64,000 bases of DNA from a virus, in the IMG/VR virus record IMGVR_UViG_3300043446_003513, positions 32,001 to 96,000 of that record; one strand, written 5' to 3'. Positions 26,675-36,436 of this stretch are shown here, piece after piece. How positions within the stretch are numbered: the stretch's first letter is position 1; each line of letters opens with the position of its first letter. Under the pieces are notes generated by a model. That model ran no database searches and was not told the DNA's origin. It saw only the letters and a list, made by a program, of their open reading frames with translations. The translations under genes and the position numbers were made by a program.

Positions 26675-27251
26675 TTTTATTTTCCTCATTTTTGTTAACT
26701 GGAATATCAAAAATTATGGTTGCTCTGGGCTCAAAAATTACAGCTTGATGTATTATACCCGTTGGTATATAAATAACATCTCCAGGAGATAAAATATATT
26801 TTTCATATTTTAATCCTCTAAAGTCTATGGGCTCTCCAAAATTACATGGAACGTCTTCATAGATTCTATACTCCACGCTTCCAATACATTGCCAAGAAAT
26901 CACATCTTGTGGATCTTTGTGTGCACTATAAAGGGCTTCTTTGCCAACAAAATTTATTAAGGCTTTTGCATACCATTCTTTTTTTTCTTTAAATAAATAT
27001 TTTTCTGCATTTTTAATTTCTTGAAAAAATGTTTTTTTATTTAAAAATGTTGCAACATTCCAAAACTGTGGATCAAATTTATTGTACATAAAAATGTCAG
27101 TACATTTATCTTCTTTAAAAACAAACTCGTCTTTTGATCCGTGTATAAAATCTTCATGTGGATTATTAAATTTATAATCCAAAGCACGAATAAAGTCTTC
27201 CCAGTGTGGCACTATTGGTAAAACATTTTTTTTGTATTCTACCACATTCAT
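26661..27251 (-). CDS. JmjC/cupin-type Fe(II)/2OG oxygenase
   Basis: AHKD...WQCIG...LSPGDVIYIPTGIIHQA. Confidence 0.75.
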   Translation of the reverse strand: MNVVEYKKNVLPIVPHWEDFIRALDYKFNNPHEDFIHGSKDEFVFKEDKCTDIFMYNKFDPQFWNVATFLNKKTFFQEIKNAEKYLFKEKKEWYAKALINFVGKEALYSAHKDPQDVISWQCIGSVEYRIYEDVPCNFGEPIDFRGLKYEKYILSPGDVIYIPTGIIHQAVIFEPRATIIFDIPVNKNEENKNASI

Positions 27252-27266
27252 TAATATCCTTAATAT

Positions 27267-27295
27267 AAAAGCATGGCGCGATGCGCCATGCTTTA
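27267..27295 (-). terminator. hairpin terminator (bidirectional-looking)
   Basis: AAAAGCATGGCGC-GAT-GCGCCATGCTTT. Confidence 0.75.
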
Positions 27296-27301
27296 TTTTA
27301 T

Positions 27302-27925
27302 TTATTTCTTTTTAGGAGCAGATTTTTTAGCTGGAGTTTTAGCTGGTGCTTTCTTAGCAGCAGGTTTTGCTGGTGCAGCAGCTTTTACTTCCTTCTTTTT
27401 TACTGGAGTGCCAAATGCTGGTCTGCCGAATCCAACAATTGCAACTGGCTTGCTTGGCATAACCTTAGATCCGTTTTTCTTCTTGTATGCTCGACGCTGT
27501 AGGCAAACCTCTCCGCCATTTCTTTGATCTCCAGCCTTTGCCTTTGTTGTGTTTCCTTCAATGACCATGACTGTTCCATCGCCGTTGTCTTTTACAACAA
27601 TTCCAACGTGTGAAATTCTATCTACGCCATCATTTGGAAAATCAAAATAAGCAATGTCTCCTGGTTGTGGGGTTGCCTCTTCTGCCTTTTGCCATGTTCC
27701 AGCCTTCATAAATGCTTGTGCCCCCGCTGGAGTATAAACAGTATTTGGCATTTTTACTTGTGCTTCATTTGCACACCACATGACAAAGCTTCCACACCAT
27801 GGCTGGAAATTTGATCCAGTAAATGCGCCAAACTTTGTCTCGTTGTCTTTTGGACCCTCGACATATCCTTCTTCCGCTAAAGCAATTTCTACTAGTTTTG
27901 CTGCAGAACCTGGTACTGCTGTCAT
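27302..27925 (-). CDS. endolysin, CHAP-domain peptidase with Lys/Ala/Pro-rich tail
   Basis: QPWCGSFV, PQPGDI, SHVGIV, IEGNT. Confidence 0.85.
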   Translation of the reverse strand: MTAVPGSAAKLVEIALAEEGYVEGPKDNETKFGAFTGSNFQPWCGSFVMWCANEAQVKMPNTVYTPAGAQAFMKAGTWQKAEEATPQPGDIAYFDFPNDGVDRISHVGIVVKDNGDGTVMVIEGNTTKAKAGDQRNGGEVCLQRRAYKKKNGSKVMPSKPVAIVGFGRPAFGTPVKKKEVKAAAPAKPAAKKAPAKTPAKKSAPKKK

Positions 27926-28386
27926 TATTCTCCTTGATTATTTATAATAGTTTTTAAAGATGAAACCATTTTCCATCTAAATTTTTCATGCACGGCAATT
28001 CTATCTGCAAAAAAGTTTGCCACTCCTTGCTCGCCAGCAATGTTTGCCATATTAAATGCATTCTTTAGGTCTTCAATAATTCTTTCATTAGAAACTACCA
28101 AAGACTTTAGCATGTCTGTTGGATTATTAGTATTTCCTAGATCGTACTTTACATTAGAAGTCATAACAGCTTTTGCAGCATCAAAATCTGCATACTGTCC
28201 AAAAATTCTAATCCATTCAGCATATCCATCTATAGAATTCCATGCATCGTTATATATTTCTGAGAAAAAATCATGGAACTGATTAAAAAGAATTCCTTCC
28301 GTGTTCCAGTGATATCCATGTGCCTTTGTGTAGTAAACAAAAGCATTGGCTTGAAGTAATCTTAATTGTTGAATCAGCGTTTCCAT
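27925..28386 (-). CDS. dps: Dps / ferritin-like DNA-protection protein
   Basis: KAHGYHWN..G..F.Q.H..F..IY...D..AE...HEK..W. Confidence 0.85.
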   Translation of the reverse strand: METLIQQLRLLQANAFVYYTKAHGYHWNTEGILFNQFHDFFSEIYNDAWNSIDGYAEWIRIFGQYADFDAAKAVMTSNVKYDLGNTNNPTDMLKSLVVSNERIIEDLKNAFNMANIAGEQGVANFFADRIAVHEKFRWKMVSSLKTIINNQGE

Positions 28387-28434
28387 TGATCCCTCCTTAA
28401 ATGTTTATAATCATTATACCATTTATATATTTTG

Positions 28435-28506
28435 AGCCCCCAGAGGGATTTGAACCCCCGACCTACGCATTACAAGTGCGTTGCTCTACCTCTGAGCTAT
28501 GAAGGC
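28435..28506 (-). tRNA. tRNA-Thr (TGT)
   Basis: cloverleaf, ACGCA-CTTGTAA-TGCGT. Confidence 0.9.
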
Positions 28507-28510
28507 GTTG

Positions 28511-28583
28511 CGCCTTTGGCAGGAATCGAACCTGCGACCTAATGCTTAGAAGGCATCCGCTCTGTCCCCTGAGCTACAAAGGC
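28511..28583 (-). tRNA. tRNA-Arg (TCT)
   Basis: GCCTTTG/CAAAGGC acceptor, GATGC-CTTCTAA-GCATT. Confidence 0.92.
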
Positions 28584-28589
28584 GTGTAT

Positions 28590-28748
28590 TTATTTTTTAC
28601 TATTTTTAGATTCTGAAGCATATAATGCTTTTAAATGTGCCAATGCTCTAGATTTGCTTGGATGGCAACCAACTAATTCGTTAGTTCCTTCTTTTACAAC
28701 AGCAAATCCTTTGCAACCAGCCGCATTTTGTTTTATTTGCCAAGGCAT
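28590..28748 (-). CDS. small conserved-looking phage protein (52 aa, not in track)
   Basis: MPWQIK...GC.GFAVVK...VGCH...LKALY. Confidence 0.65.
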   Translation of the reverse strand: MPWQIKQNAAGCKGFAVVKEGTNELVGCHPSKSRALAHLKALYASESKNSKK

Positions 28749-29042
28749 CTAGTCTTCCTCTCCTGGAAATTGAAACAATCCATACTCTTCAGCCAAAGAT
28801 ATCCCTTCGTCTGTTAATTCAAATGTTGCCTCTAATTCCTCATTATATGAGACAGACAATAATCCTTTTTCGTAAAGATCCATGAGCATTTCATCAACAT
28901 TTTGTTGATGCGCCTTCCATAAAAGAGGAGCCACCTCTTTTGCCTTTTTTGTTATTCTAAACATAAACTCTCCATTTTCGTCTATGCCAGTTAATTCTAC
29001 AGCGCCCACTTCAAGGTAGTATTCTAGATCCTCTGATTCCAT
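28749..29042 (-). CDS. hypothetical acidic protein
   Basis: GAGGAG RBS. Confidence 0.7.
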   Translation of the reverse strand: MESEDLEYYLEVGAVELTGIDENGEFMFRITKKAKEVAPLLWKAHQQNVDEMLMDLYEKGLLSVSYNEELEATFELTDEGISLAEEYGLFQFPGEED

Positions 29043-29072
29043 AACTTCTCCTCAATGTAATTATACAATAAT

Positions 29073-29789
29073 TTAAGAAAATTCTCTAACTATCTCGTCT
29101 AATATCTTTTTATTAAATTCTTGTTTTAAATGATCTAATTTAAAGTTTATAAATCTTGGATCTAAACAATCTATGCACTCATGGCACTCAAAAGACTCGT
29201 CTAGCCGATCTACTCCTAAAATATCTTCTGTGCTTATTGGTTCTTTTAATCCAAATTCTTTCAAATATTTTCTTAAAAAATATTTATATTCTTTATGATA
29301 TGGAAATCTGGATTGAAAATCGTAATTCGGGTTACCAGATCCTAATGGGTTAATAAATTGTGGAATTGGTTCTATAAATTGCAATTTGTATCCTTCAAAA
29401 AAATTTAAAGTTTTTTCAATATAATTTTTTATTACAACTTCTGTATTTTTTTGATGAGGTAAATGTGCTTTTATGTCAATATACCCAAAAAATGGAAAAA
29501 CTGTAAAATCTTTTGTAATTGTTTTTTTAATACAGGGATATTCCCCTCTGGTATATGAACATGAATAAGCGGAACCTCCCCTATGACCAGAAAAATAAAC
29601 ATCAACTGGCAAATTTTTTGATTTAGTAACATGAAACATTACGCAATCTGAATGATAATTAAAACTATCATCATGTTGAAAAATTTCACTATCTGGTTTC
29701 CATGTGCATCCGTCTACATGATCTTGTCCTTCTAACCCTATAGAATTTCTTAATCTAAATGTATGACTATCTCCTATAATATATAACAT
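29073..29789 (-). CDS. SGNH/GDSL-like hydrolase-fold protein
   Basis: N-terminal IIGDSH and late DH. Confidence 0.5.
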   Translation of the reverse strand: MLYIIGDSHTFRLRNSIGLEGQDHVDGCTWKPDSEIFQHDDSFNYHSDCVMFHVTKSKNLPVDVYFSGHRGGSAYSCSYTRGEYPCIKKTITKDFTVFPFFGYIDIKAHLPHQKNTEVVIKNYIEKTLNFFEGYKLQFIEPIPQFINPLGSGNPNYDFQSRFPYHKEYKYFLRKYLKEFGLKEPISTEDILGVDRLDESFECHECIDCLDPRFINFKLDHLKQEFNKKILDEIVREFS

Positions 29790-29803
29790 TAATAACCTCT
29801 TTC

Positions 29804-30385
29804 TTAAAGTTCAATTAGTTTTCCATTGTATGATTTGTCTGCATTTAAAATAATTTTTGAAATATTTTTTCTTATATCGTCTGTTATTGTAGGTGGAGAT
29901 ATACAAAAAATAGCTTGTTCATTTTTTGCATATAACGAAAAAGATCTCGCAAAAGATTGTATAGCTCCCTTTACTGCAGATAAATTAAAATCTTCATAAG
30001 GTACATTTGCAACTAAAGAAGAAATTAAAATTAAATGTCCGTCCTCGTCTAAAAAATTAAATAAATTATAAACAAGATATATATAATTAAACAAATACGA
30101 ATCATAGTAAATTTTAATTTTTTTAAAGTCTAAATTTAAATAATCTGAAGGGAAAGCATTTCCAGATAAAATAATTATTTTTTTATATTTATTGTTTGCC
30201 TTGTTTATAAAATTATCTATAGATTCTTTATTTTCTAAATCCAAATATTGCCAATTGTATTTTGAGTTTATTTTAAACCTATTTCTATAACTTACCAGGG
30301 ATATTAAATAATTTTTTTCCTCTAAGTCTTTACTTAAAAAATTAAAAATACTACTGGTCCCTCCAACTACTAAAACATTTTTCAT
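29804..30385 (-). CDS. short-chain dehydrogenase/reductase-like (degenerate)
   Basis: VLVVGGTSSI Rossmann start, ILISS; YxxxK reads LSAVK. Confidence 0.7.
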   Translation of the reverse strand: MKNVLVVGGTSSIFNFLSKDLEEKNYLISLVSYRNRFKINSKYNWQYLDLENKESIDNFINKANNKYKKIIILSGNAFPSDYLNLDFKKIKIYYDSYLFNYIYLVYNLFNFLDEDGHLILISSLVANVPYEDFNLSAVKGAIQSFARSFSLYAKNEQAIFCISPPTITDDIRKNISKIILNADKSYNGKLIEL

Positions 30386-30405
30386 AAAATCCTTTCAATT
30401 AATTG

Positions 30406-30479
30406 TACACCAGGTAGGACTTGAACCTACGATAACCGAATTATGAGTTCGGGGCCTTGACCAACTTGGCTACTGGTGC
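30406..30479 (-). tRNA. tRNA with CAT anticodon (Ile2 or Met)
   Basis: GCACCAG/CTGGTGT acceptor, CCGAA-CTCATAA-TTCGG. Confidence 0.88.
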
Positions 30480-30489
30480 AAGACCTAAA

Positions 30490-30738
30490 TTATAGCGTTC
30501 CATCTTGATTTTTGTCAATAGATTCTTCTACAATTTGCTGCACATATTCAGAAAAGTGTTTTCTAATACTACCAGCTGGTCTTGCTCCAATTAGTTTCCA
30601 TAATCTTGTATATTCCATTATATTTGCAAAAGTTGTTGGACATACTTGTATTCCGTTATATTCTTTTAATATTGTAGGCAATGGAACATGTTTTCCACAA
30701 CACTTACATTCTTTTGCTTTTTCTTGATAAATGCTCAT
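30490..30738 (-). CDS. hypothetical protein
   Basis: ATGA overlap with terminase. Confidence 0.65.
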   Translation of the reverse strand: MSIYQEKAKECKCCGKHVPLPTILKEYNGIQVCPTTFANIMEYTRLWKLIGARPAGSIRKHFSEYVQQIVEESIDKNQDGTL

Positions 30739-32537
30739 AATATCATCATGTTTTCTATTGAATCTTTTAAATGCTCTGGCATTCTTGGTGGCCTAATCAT
30801 ATTTTGCACATGCTCCTGCTCTCCATCTGGTTCTATTAAATCATTATCTTCAATTAAAGATTCATATGTATGAATTTTAATTTCATTATTTCCATCAAAT
30901 CTAGATCTGCTTATTGCATTATAAATAGATCCACACACCGCATCCGCCAAGTCCTTGGAACCTTTTCTTGGGTGGTCTACTCTATCACGCATAATTTTTA
31001 ACTGAAGTAATTCATCTATTAACAAGGGGATGTGCGGACCAATTAATCTTTCTTCTAAAACTACCATAGCCATATCGTCATAATGTTTTTTAGCAACAGA
31101 TAAAATTTCTGTGTTAATGCCATATTGTTTTAATTGCTGCATCATGTCATGAGAATTCCATCTGTCAAAAGTACAAACCCTTATTTTAAATCCTTTTGTC
31201 CTTAAAGATAAAATATAGTCTTTGACTTCTGTAAAATCAACAGACTTATCAGCTGTAGGCGTCCAATATCTTACAGCATCAATTTCAACAATTGGTGCTG
31301 GCTGAGAATATGTATCTGTTACTTTTACATTTACCCACTTTTGAACATGAGAAAGAGAAACCGCACAATGGTCATGTTTTTGTGCTAAGTCAACATGCAT
31401 AAAATATTCTTTGTCTGGATCTGGAACAAACCAGTTTTCAAATCTTCCAAATTGATCTATTGCTAATGACGTATTTCTAAATGCTACCTCAATTTTTTCT
31501 CTTGATTTAAAAAATGCATCAATTGCTTCTGGTGGCATACACGCAAATCTGCCAAGGGCGTCTGAAGAATTTTTATAAAAAGAAACTTTAAAATCATCTA
31601 TGCTTCTGGTTGGATTAACTTCCCAGGTAGGTCTTTTAAGAGCGTACACCTTTGGAACTGCATATGAAAGAATATGATCTTCTTCCCATTGAATTTCAAA
31701 TTCGTTACCCTCTACCCCATCTGGTAAATCAATATCCATTTTAAATTTATGCGTTCTTATCACCGTTTCTTTTTCTGCAATTACTGAATCATAAAATTTT
31801 TGAATGGGATCATTTTTAAATCTTGGGAATGAAAGAAGAATAACCTTTCCAAAGTCGGGAAAACGAGAATCCACGGAGGCACGATACATATCATATATCG
31901 CATCTGCTGTTTTTGCTTGATCGTGTCCAGTTGTATTTTCTGTAGCAAATCCAGAAATTTCATCTAGAATAACAACAATTACGTTATATCCTTCCCATGC
32001 TTCACGCTCAGAGTGGCCAGAATGAACCGTTATTGCTTTATCAAATTTTATTTCTGAGGCTTTATCTGTATACTTACCAATAAACCATTCGGACTTTTCG
32101 ATTCTTGTTTTAAATCCTTTAAAAAAAACATTATTTGCTTGCTGTGCGTTAATTGCAATATTTAAAATGTCTATTGCGTCTCCAGGGGGCTTTCCATAAT
32201 ATGATGCTGGATCTTTTAGACATAGGAGAAGATAAACTATATATGCAACTGCTATTGTAGAGCAATAATCTTTTCCAGAACCTTTACCTAACTGAGCAAT
32301 TACCTCGCTTGTTGTTTGCTTAAATATTCTTTTTCCTTCTTCTTCACCAAACAATTTGATTAGCGTAGATTCTTTATAGATTTGAGAAGACTTTTCAATT
32401 AAAGTGTATTGGTATTCAGAAAGCGGTGGCAAAGATAGGTATCTTGGGTCGGTGACAAAGGTCCTTAGATCCACTGGTTTTTCATCAAACTCTTCGCCGT
32501 CCAATAAATCAATAAGGTCATCAAAATTAAGATCCAT
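30735..32537 (-). CDS. terL: terminase large subunit
   Basis: Walker A GKGSGKD, Walker B VILDE, nuclease HVDLA...FDRW...KDLADAV. Confidence 0.9.
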   Translation of the reverse strand: MDLNFDDLIDLLDGEEFDEKPVDLRTFVTDPRYLSLPPLSEYQYTLIEKSSQIYKESTLIKLFGEEEGKRIFKQTTSEVIAQLGKGSGKDYCSTIAVAYIVYLLLCLKDPASYYGKPPGDAIDILNIAINAQQANNVFFKGFKTRIEKSEWFIGKYTDKASEIKFDKAITVHSGHSEREAWEGYNVIVVILDEISGFATENTTGHDQAKTADAIYDMYRASVDSRFPDFGKVILLSFPRFKNDPIQKFYDSVIAEKETVIRTHKFKMDIDLPDGVEGNEFEIQWEEDHILSYAVPKVYALKRPTWEVNPTRSIDDFKVSFYKNSSDALGRFACMPPEAIDAFFKSREKIEVAFRNTSLAIDQFGRFENWFVPDPDKEYFMHVDLAQKHDHCAVSLSHVQKWVNVKVTDTYSQPAPIVEIDAVRYWTPTADKSVDFTEVKDYILSLRTKGFKIRVCTFDRWNSHDMMQQLKQYGINTEILSVAKKHYDDMAMVVLEERLIGPHIPLLIDELLQLKIMRDRVDHPRKGSKDLADAVCGSIYNAISRSRFDGNNEIKIHTYESLIEDNDLIEPDGEQEHVQNMIRPPRMPEHLKDSIENMMIL

Positions 32538-33114
32538 TAACTGGCACCTTAATTATTTTTCTTATATTGTTGCTATATGAGTATCTAACATCTGACAAAA
32601 CTGGTTTTACTCCATGATAACAATGTTCTTCGGAGCTGTGTATAACTAAATCACCAGCATTTGGGTGATATTCTACATTTTGATTTGGATAATATATTTC
32701 TCCGCCATCAAAATTATTAAAATAAACAATAAGCCCATATACTGGAATTGATTCCTCTATAAAAGGCTCTCCGTCTTTATATTTTTTTGAATTTTCAACA
32801 ATTTTATTAAATGAATATATATCTGAATGTAGAGGCCATGAAGCACCATTTAACATTCTTATAAAAGAAAAAGCATCTCCAACAAAAAGTTTACCTGTTG
32901 TTAAATTATTTAATCTATTTCTTAATATCCTTAAAGAAGTGGTCGGTTGTGTATGCCAGTAGACATCTCTTTCTTCTGATCCTACCATGGTCCAATCTTT
33001 TTCATCAAAAAACAAAATTTCTTTATTATAAGAATTTAAGTCTGTTTTGGATAAAAAATTTTTATAAACATATATGTCTTTTCCAAGTTGTACCATGTTT
33101 GAAACATCAAGCAT
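32527..33114 (-). CDS. 2OG-Fe(II) oxygenase between the terminase genes
   Basis: HSD...YFNNFDGGEIYYP...HGV...RY. Confidence 0.85.
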   Translation of the reverse strand: MLDVSNMVQLGKDIYVYKNFLSKTDLNSYNKEILFFDEKDWTMVGSEERDVYWHTQPTTSLRILRNRLNNLTTGKLFVGDAFSFIRMLNGASWPLHSDIYSFNKIVENSKKYKDGEPFIEESIPVYGLIVYFNNFDGGEIYYPNQNVEYHPNAGDLVIHSSEEHCYHGVKPVLSDVRYSYSNNIRKIIKVPVNGS

Positions 33115-33646
33115 CTTTTGCCTCTATAACAACAGCTTCTATAATACCAGTAATTTGAGAAAGTCTCTTTGCAACTTCCATTTTACATTTAGGGCAGGTT
33201 GCAGTAACTTCTTTTAATATCCTTACAAGAATTTCTTGTTTCTTTTCTGTTTCAGAAATTTGAGTAGCCAGCTCTACATTGTCTAAAATTCCTACTTCTT
33301 GGAGCATTCCAATTCTTTTAGACTCTATGTCTGCAATTAATTTTAATGCTGTGGCTTTAACATTAAGTTGACCAGCTTGGTCGGCATCCTCTACTGTTTT
33401 CCAGGCTTCTTTAATTAACATTGCGTAATGCTGATCGGCACCACTTATTGCTTCTTTAGCCCTATCTTTGGCACCAGAATCATTTCTTACAACATTTTTC
33501 CACTCTTCAATATGTTCAAGAACTTCTGCTCTTTTGAATCCAGTTATAGTTGCTATTTGTGTTGGGTTGTTCCCCTTTAATAATTCTTCAACAACCTTGT
33601 TCATCCGATCAAAATGGTCTGCTAACTCAATTTCTGCCATAATCAT
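33107..33646 (-). CDS. probable terminase small subunit
   Basis: N-terminal HTH, helical body, position upstream of terL. Confidence 0.6.
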   Translation of the reverse strand: MIMAEIELADHFDRMNKVVEELLKGNNPTQIATITGFKRAEVLEHIEEWKNVVRNDSGAKDRAKEAISGADQHYAMLIKEAWKTVEDADQAGQLNVKATALKLIADIESKRIGMLQEVGILDNVELATQISETEKKQEILVRILKEVTATCPKCKMEVAKRLSQITGIIEAVVIEAKDA

Positions 33647-33962
33647 CTTCCAGGCGCTCTATATCGCCCTCATCTAAAAAATCTCCAGTCTGAACCTCTA
33701 TTAATTCTACTGGAAGATTGCCAGCCTCTAGTCTGTGGGAAACGCCTACTGGGATGTCAATACTTTGTCCTGGAGCCATGACCTGTGGATGCCCGTTTAA
33801 GGTCACCAGAGGGCATCCTGAGACGATAAACCAATGCTCCGAACGATGTTTGTGCCTTTGATATGAAATGCGTCTCTTAGGCTCTATATAAAGCTTTTTA
33901 ACCTGATACCCGTTAGACGAATATAAAACTTCGTAGTATCCCCACGGTCTTGTTTCTATCAT
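33627..33962 (-). CDS. cupin, mannose-6-phosphate isomerase type II C-terminal-like
   Basis: RPWG...SYQRHKHRSEHW...IEVQTG...DIERLEDDYGR. Confidence 0.85.
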   Translation of the reverse strand: MIETRPWGYYEVLYSSNGYQVKKLYIEPKRRISYQRHKHRSEHWFIVSGCPLVTLNGHPQVMAPGQSIDIPVGVSHRLEAGNLPVELIEVQTGDFLDEGDIERLEDDYGRN

Positions 33963-33993
33963 AACCACATTATACTTTTAGTCAACTAAAATG

Positions 33994-34317
33994 TCAATTT
34001 GAATTGGCTATTTTTAATAAAATTAAATATCCAATTAGATCATCTATATCATTATCTCCAGGAAATCCCTGGGCATTTTTTATCCTATTTAACTTATCAT
34101 CAATTCTTACTTTTAATTGCTCAATAGAGTCTGCTTGTGAAAATAATCTAATTGGGCTTAACGCCGAATCTCCATAAGATATATTTTTTAAAACTAAATT
34201 ATGTGATATTTCATGACACATATTTACAATTTTATATCCTGATGGGGCGCCGCTGGCAAGGGTCAATAGGTCATTACACGAAAAATATTTTGCATCTTCA
34301 AATACTGGTTTTAACAT
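33994..34317 (-). CDS. nucleotide-modification-associated / dNTP pyrophosphohydrolase-like helical domain
   Basis: KNISYGDS...RIDDKLNRI...DLIGYLIL. Confidence 0.65.
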   Translation of the reverse strand: MLKPVFEDAKYFSCNDLLTLASGAPSGYKIVNMCHEISHNLVLKNISYGDSALSPIRLFSQADSIEQLKVRIDDKLNRIKNAQGFPGDNDIDDLIGYLILLKIANSN

Positions 34318-35060
34318 TAGTCCTCCCATTTAATTTTTGCTATATCTTCATGTATACTATAAGGAATCTGTTTTATCCATTGATCATATCCTTCGTGCCA
34401 ATTTTGACTTCCATATAAATGCTGCACTGCTTCATTATGAAAAATTCTCCAATTTTCAGATCCGTAAGAATAAAATTTATATTCTTTTGCTTTGGGAAGT
34501 TCTAATTGTATCTTATCCATTTCAGTTAGTCTAGTATGTTCTGGAATATTTAAAGCATCCCTAATGCCTTTCGTCCAAACTGCTGGCCCAGTAAGTTTAT
34601 GAACAAAATGGTCCTCTGAATAATCTGGATTTTTAAATCCTTCTTTAATATTTTTTAAAACAGACTCAATTACTGGATGCTTTGGTGAAGCCGCAAATGT
34701 CCATTGGCAGAGGTGTACATCATTTTCTGGACATATAATCATGTCATAATCTTCTTTCATCCACGAAGATATTGGTTTTAGGCATAACGTATCTAAATCT
34801 GTATATACTCCTCCATAAACATATATAATCATGTACCTCCATAAATCTCCACGCATTACTCCAAGAGGTACATTGACAAATATGTTAAACCACTCCTCAT
34901 CAAAGTTTTCTCTAATAAATTTAGCAGCATCCATATCGCTCATATATCTATATTCATACTCAGGATTTAATTCTTGCCAGGTTCTTGCAACATTTTTCAT
35001 ATATGGACGAAGATCATCATAATCGCATTTATATGTTTGCCAAATTATTTTAGGAATCAC
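34317..35060 (-). CDS. glycosyltransferase, DXD sugar-binding (GT32/OCH1-like)
   Basis: IPKIIWQT, DLWRY, GGVYTDLD, TGP. Confidence 0.88.
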   Translation of the reverse strand: MIPKIIWQTYKCDYDDLRPYMKNVARTWQELNPEYEYRYMSDMDAAKFIRENFDEEWFNIFVNVPLGVMRGDLWRYMIIYVYGGVYTDLDTLCLKPISSWMKEDYDMIICPENDVHLCQWTFAASPKHPVIESVLKNIKEGFKNPDYSEDHFVHKLTGPAVWTKGIRDALNIPEHTRLTEMDKIQLELPKAKEYKFYSYGSENWRIFHNEAVQHLYGSQNWHEGYDQWIKQIPYSIHEDIAKIKWED

Positions 35061-35730
35061 CGTTAATCCTTTCATATATATCACTACAAACAAACCAGCT
35101 ATCCCATTTAGAAAAATCTTCTAAAATTTTTACATATCCTTTTGATTCTAATAATTTATCTATATTTTCTTTGTTTGAAGTATAATTATGCTCAATTGTT
35201 ATAAAGTTAAACTTTCTTGAAAAACTATAAGAGTTTAAAATTATAAATTCTGAACCTTCTGTATCAACCGACATATAGTCTACAGTTTCTGGAGCATTAT
35301 ATTTATTTAATAAATCATCTAAAGAAATAGTGTCTACCTCATATGCAACATTATCATTTCTTCTAGCGCTCGAATGCCCATCTTGTTCTGCATATTCAGC
35401 AAGTCCTGACAAGCCCTTGCCACCATTTAATTCCCAAAATAACATTTTTTTATTGCTTGTGTCCGCAACACATTTTTCTTCTATAAAACACCTTCTATTA
35501 TTTTTTAAACTTTGCACCCATCCAATCGCAGGTTCAGCTAATATACCATTCCAATTATATAGTTTTTCTAGCATATAAGTATTGCTGCAATCAAGCCCAT
35601 CTGATGCCCCAAATTCTACAAAAAACCCTGGGCTATTCCCTTTAATAAATAGCGCAAAAAGATCTTGTTTATTTTGCGAGTACGGAAAATTATAATATTG
35701 GTAAAAATCTTCAAATTTTTTTAAAATCAT
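35050..35730 (-). CDS. FkbM-family methyltransferase
   Basis: FVEFGASDG..SNT..LE...WNGILAEP; MSVDTEGSE. Confidence 0.88.
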   Translation of the reverse strand: MILKKFEDFYQYYNFPYSQNKQDLFALFIKGNSPGFFVEFGASDGLDCSNTYMLEKLYNWNGILAEPAIGWVQSLKNNRRCFIEEKCVADTSNKKMLFWELNGGKGLSGLAEYAEQDGHSSARRNDNVAYEVDTISLDDLLNKYNAPETVDYMSVDTEGSEFIILNSYSFSRKFNFITIEHNYTSNKENIDKLLESKGYVKILEDFSKWDSWFVCSDIYERINGDS

Positions 35731-35873
35731 CTTTTTTTCATCAATCCAAAATGCTCTAAATACCTATTAATTGTCATAGCTGAAACGCCACACATCTTGG
35801 CTATCTCTGTAACACTTTTCTTTTCAGCTAAATATTTTTTAAATAGCCATTCTCTGCTTTGATATAACTTCAT
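35727..35873 (-). CDS. small HTH protein (48 aa, not in track)
   Basis: MKLYQSREWLFKKYLAEKKSVTEIAKMCGVS; ATGA overlaps on both sides. Confidence 0.75.
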   Translation of the reverse strand: MKLYQSREWLFKKYLAEKKSVTEIAKMCGVSAMTINRYLEHFGLMKKR

Positions 35874-36436
35874 CTTTGAGTTAACACCGTATTCGAATAA
35901 TGTGCAATGCCGAATGCATCTGCAACATCAAAATCATCTAACTGCAAATTATATTTTTTATTAAAATAATCTACAGTTCTTTGTTTTCTGATTTCACGCA
36001 TTTTATTTTTATACCATGAATCAGCATGTCCTGGATTTTCAAACCTAAGTTTGTCTTTCTCCATTTTTGTTGGGTTTTTATTTCCAATGTGAGCTTGCCA
36101 AGAAGTAGGAGATATAGTAATAACACTAGCACCACTAGACATAAGCTCAGCAATGACGACACCGTAAACATATGATAATTTTATCACAGCATCTGGTGAT
36201 CTGACAAGTACCGCACCTTCTACAACAATGTAGTCTGATTTAAGTTCCATGAGCATGGCAGACATTTTAATTTTTGCGTCATATATTTTTTGATATATAT
36301 CTGAACCAATTAATTCAATCTTGCCCCATTTTATTGGTTTATCATTTTCCATTAAACAAAAAGCTATTGAATTAGTAGATGCGTCTATTCCTAAAACTCT
36401 ATGAGCTTTTGTTTTAACTAAATCAACTAATTTCAT
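35870..36436 (-). CDS. RuvC-like Holliday junction resolvase
   Basis: LGIDAS, VVE, DVADAFGIA. Confidence 0.85.
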   Translation of the reverse strand: MKLVDLVKTKAHRVLGIDASTNSIAFCLMENDKPIKWGKIELIGSDIYQKIYDAKIKMSAMLMELKSDYIVVEGAVLVRSPDAVIKLSYVYGVVIAELMSSGASVITISPTSWQAHIGNKNPTKMEKDKLRFENPGHADSWYKNKMREIRKQRTVDYFNKKYNLQLDDFDVADAFGIAHYSNTVLTQR

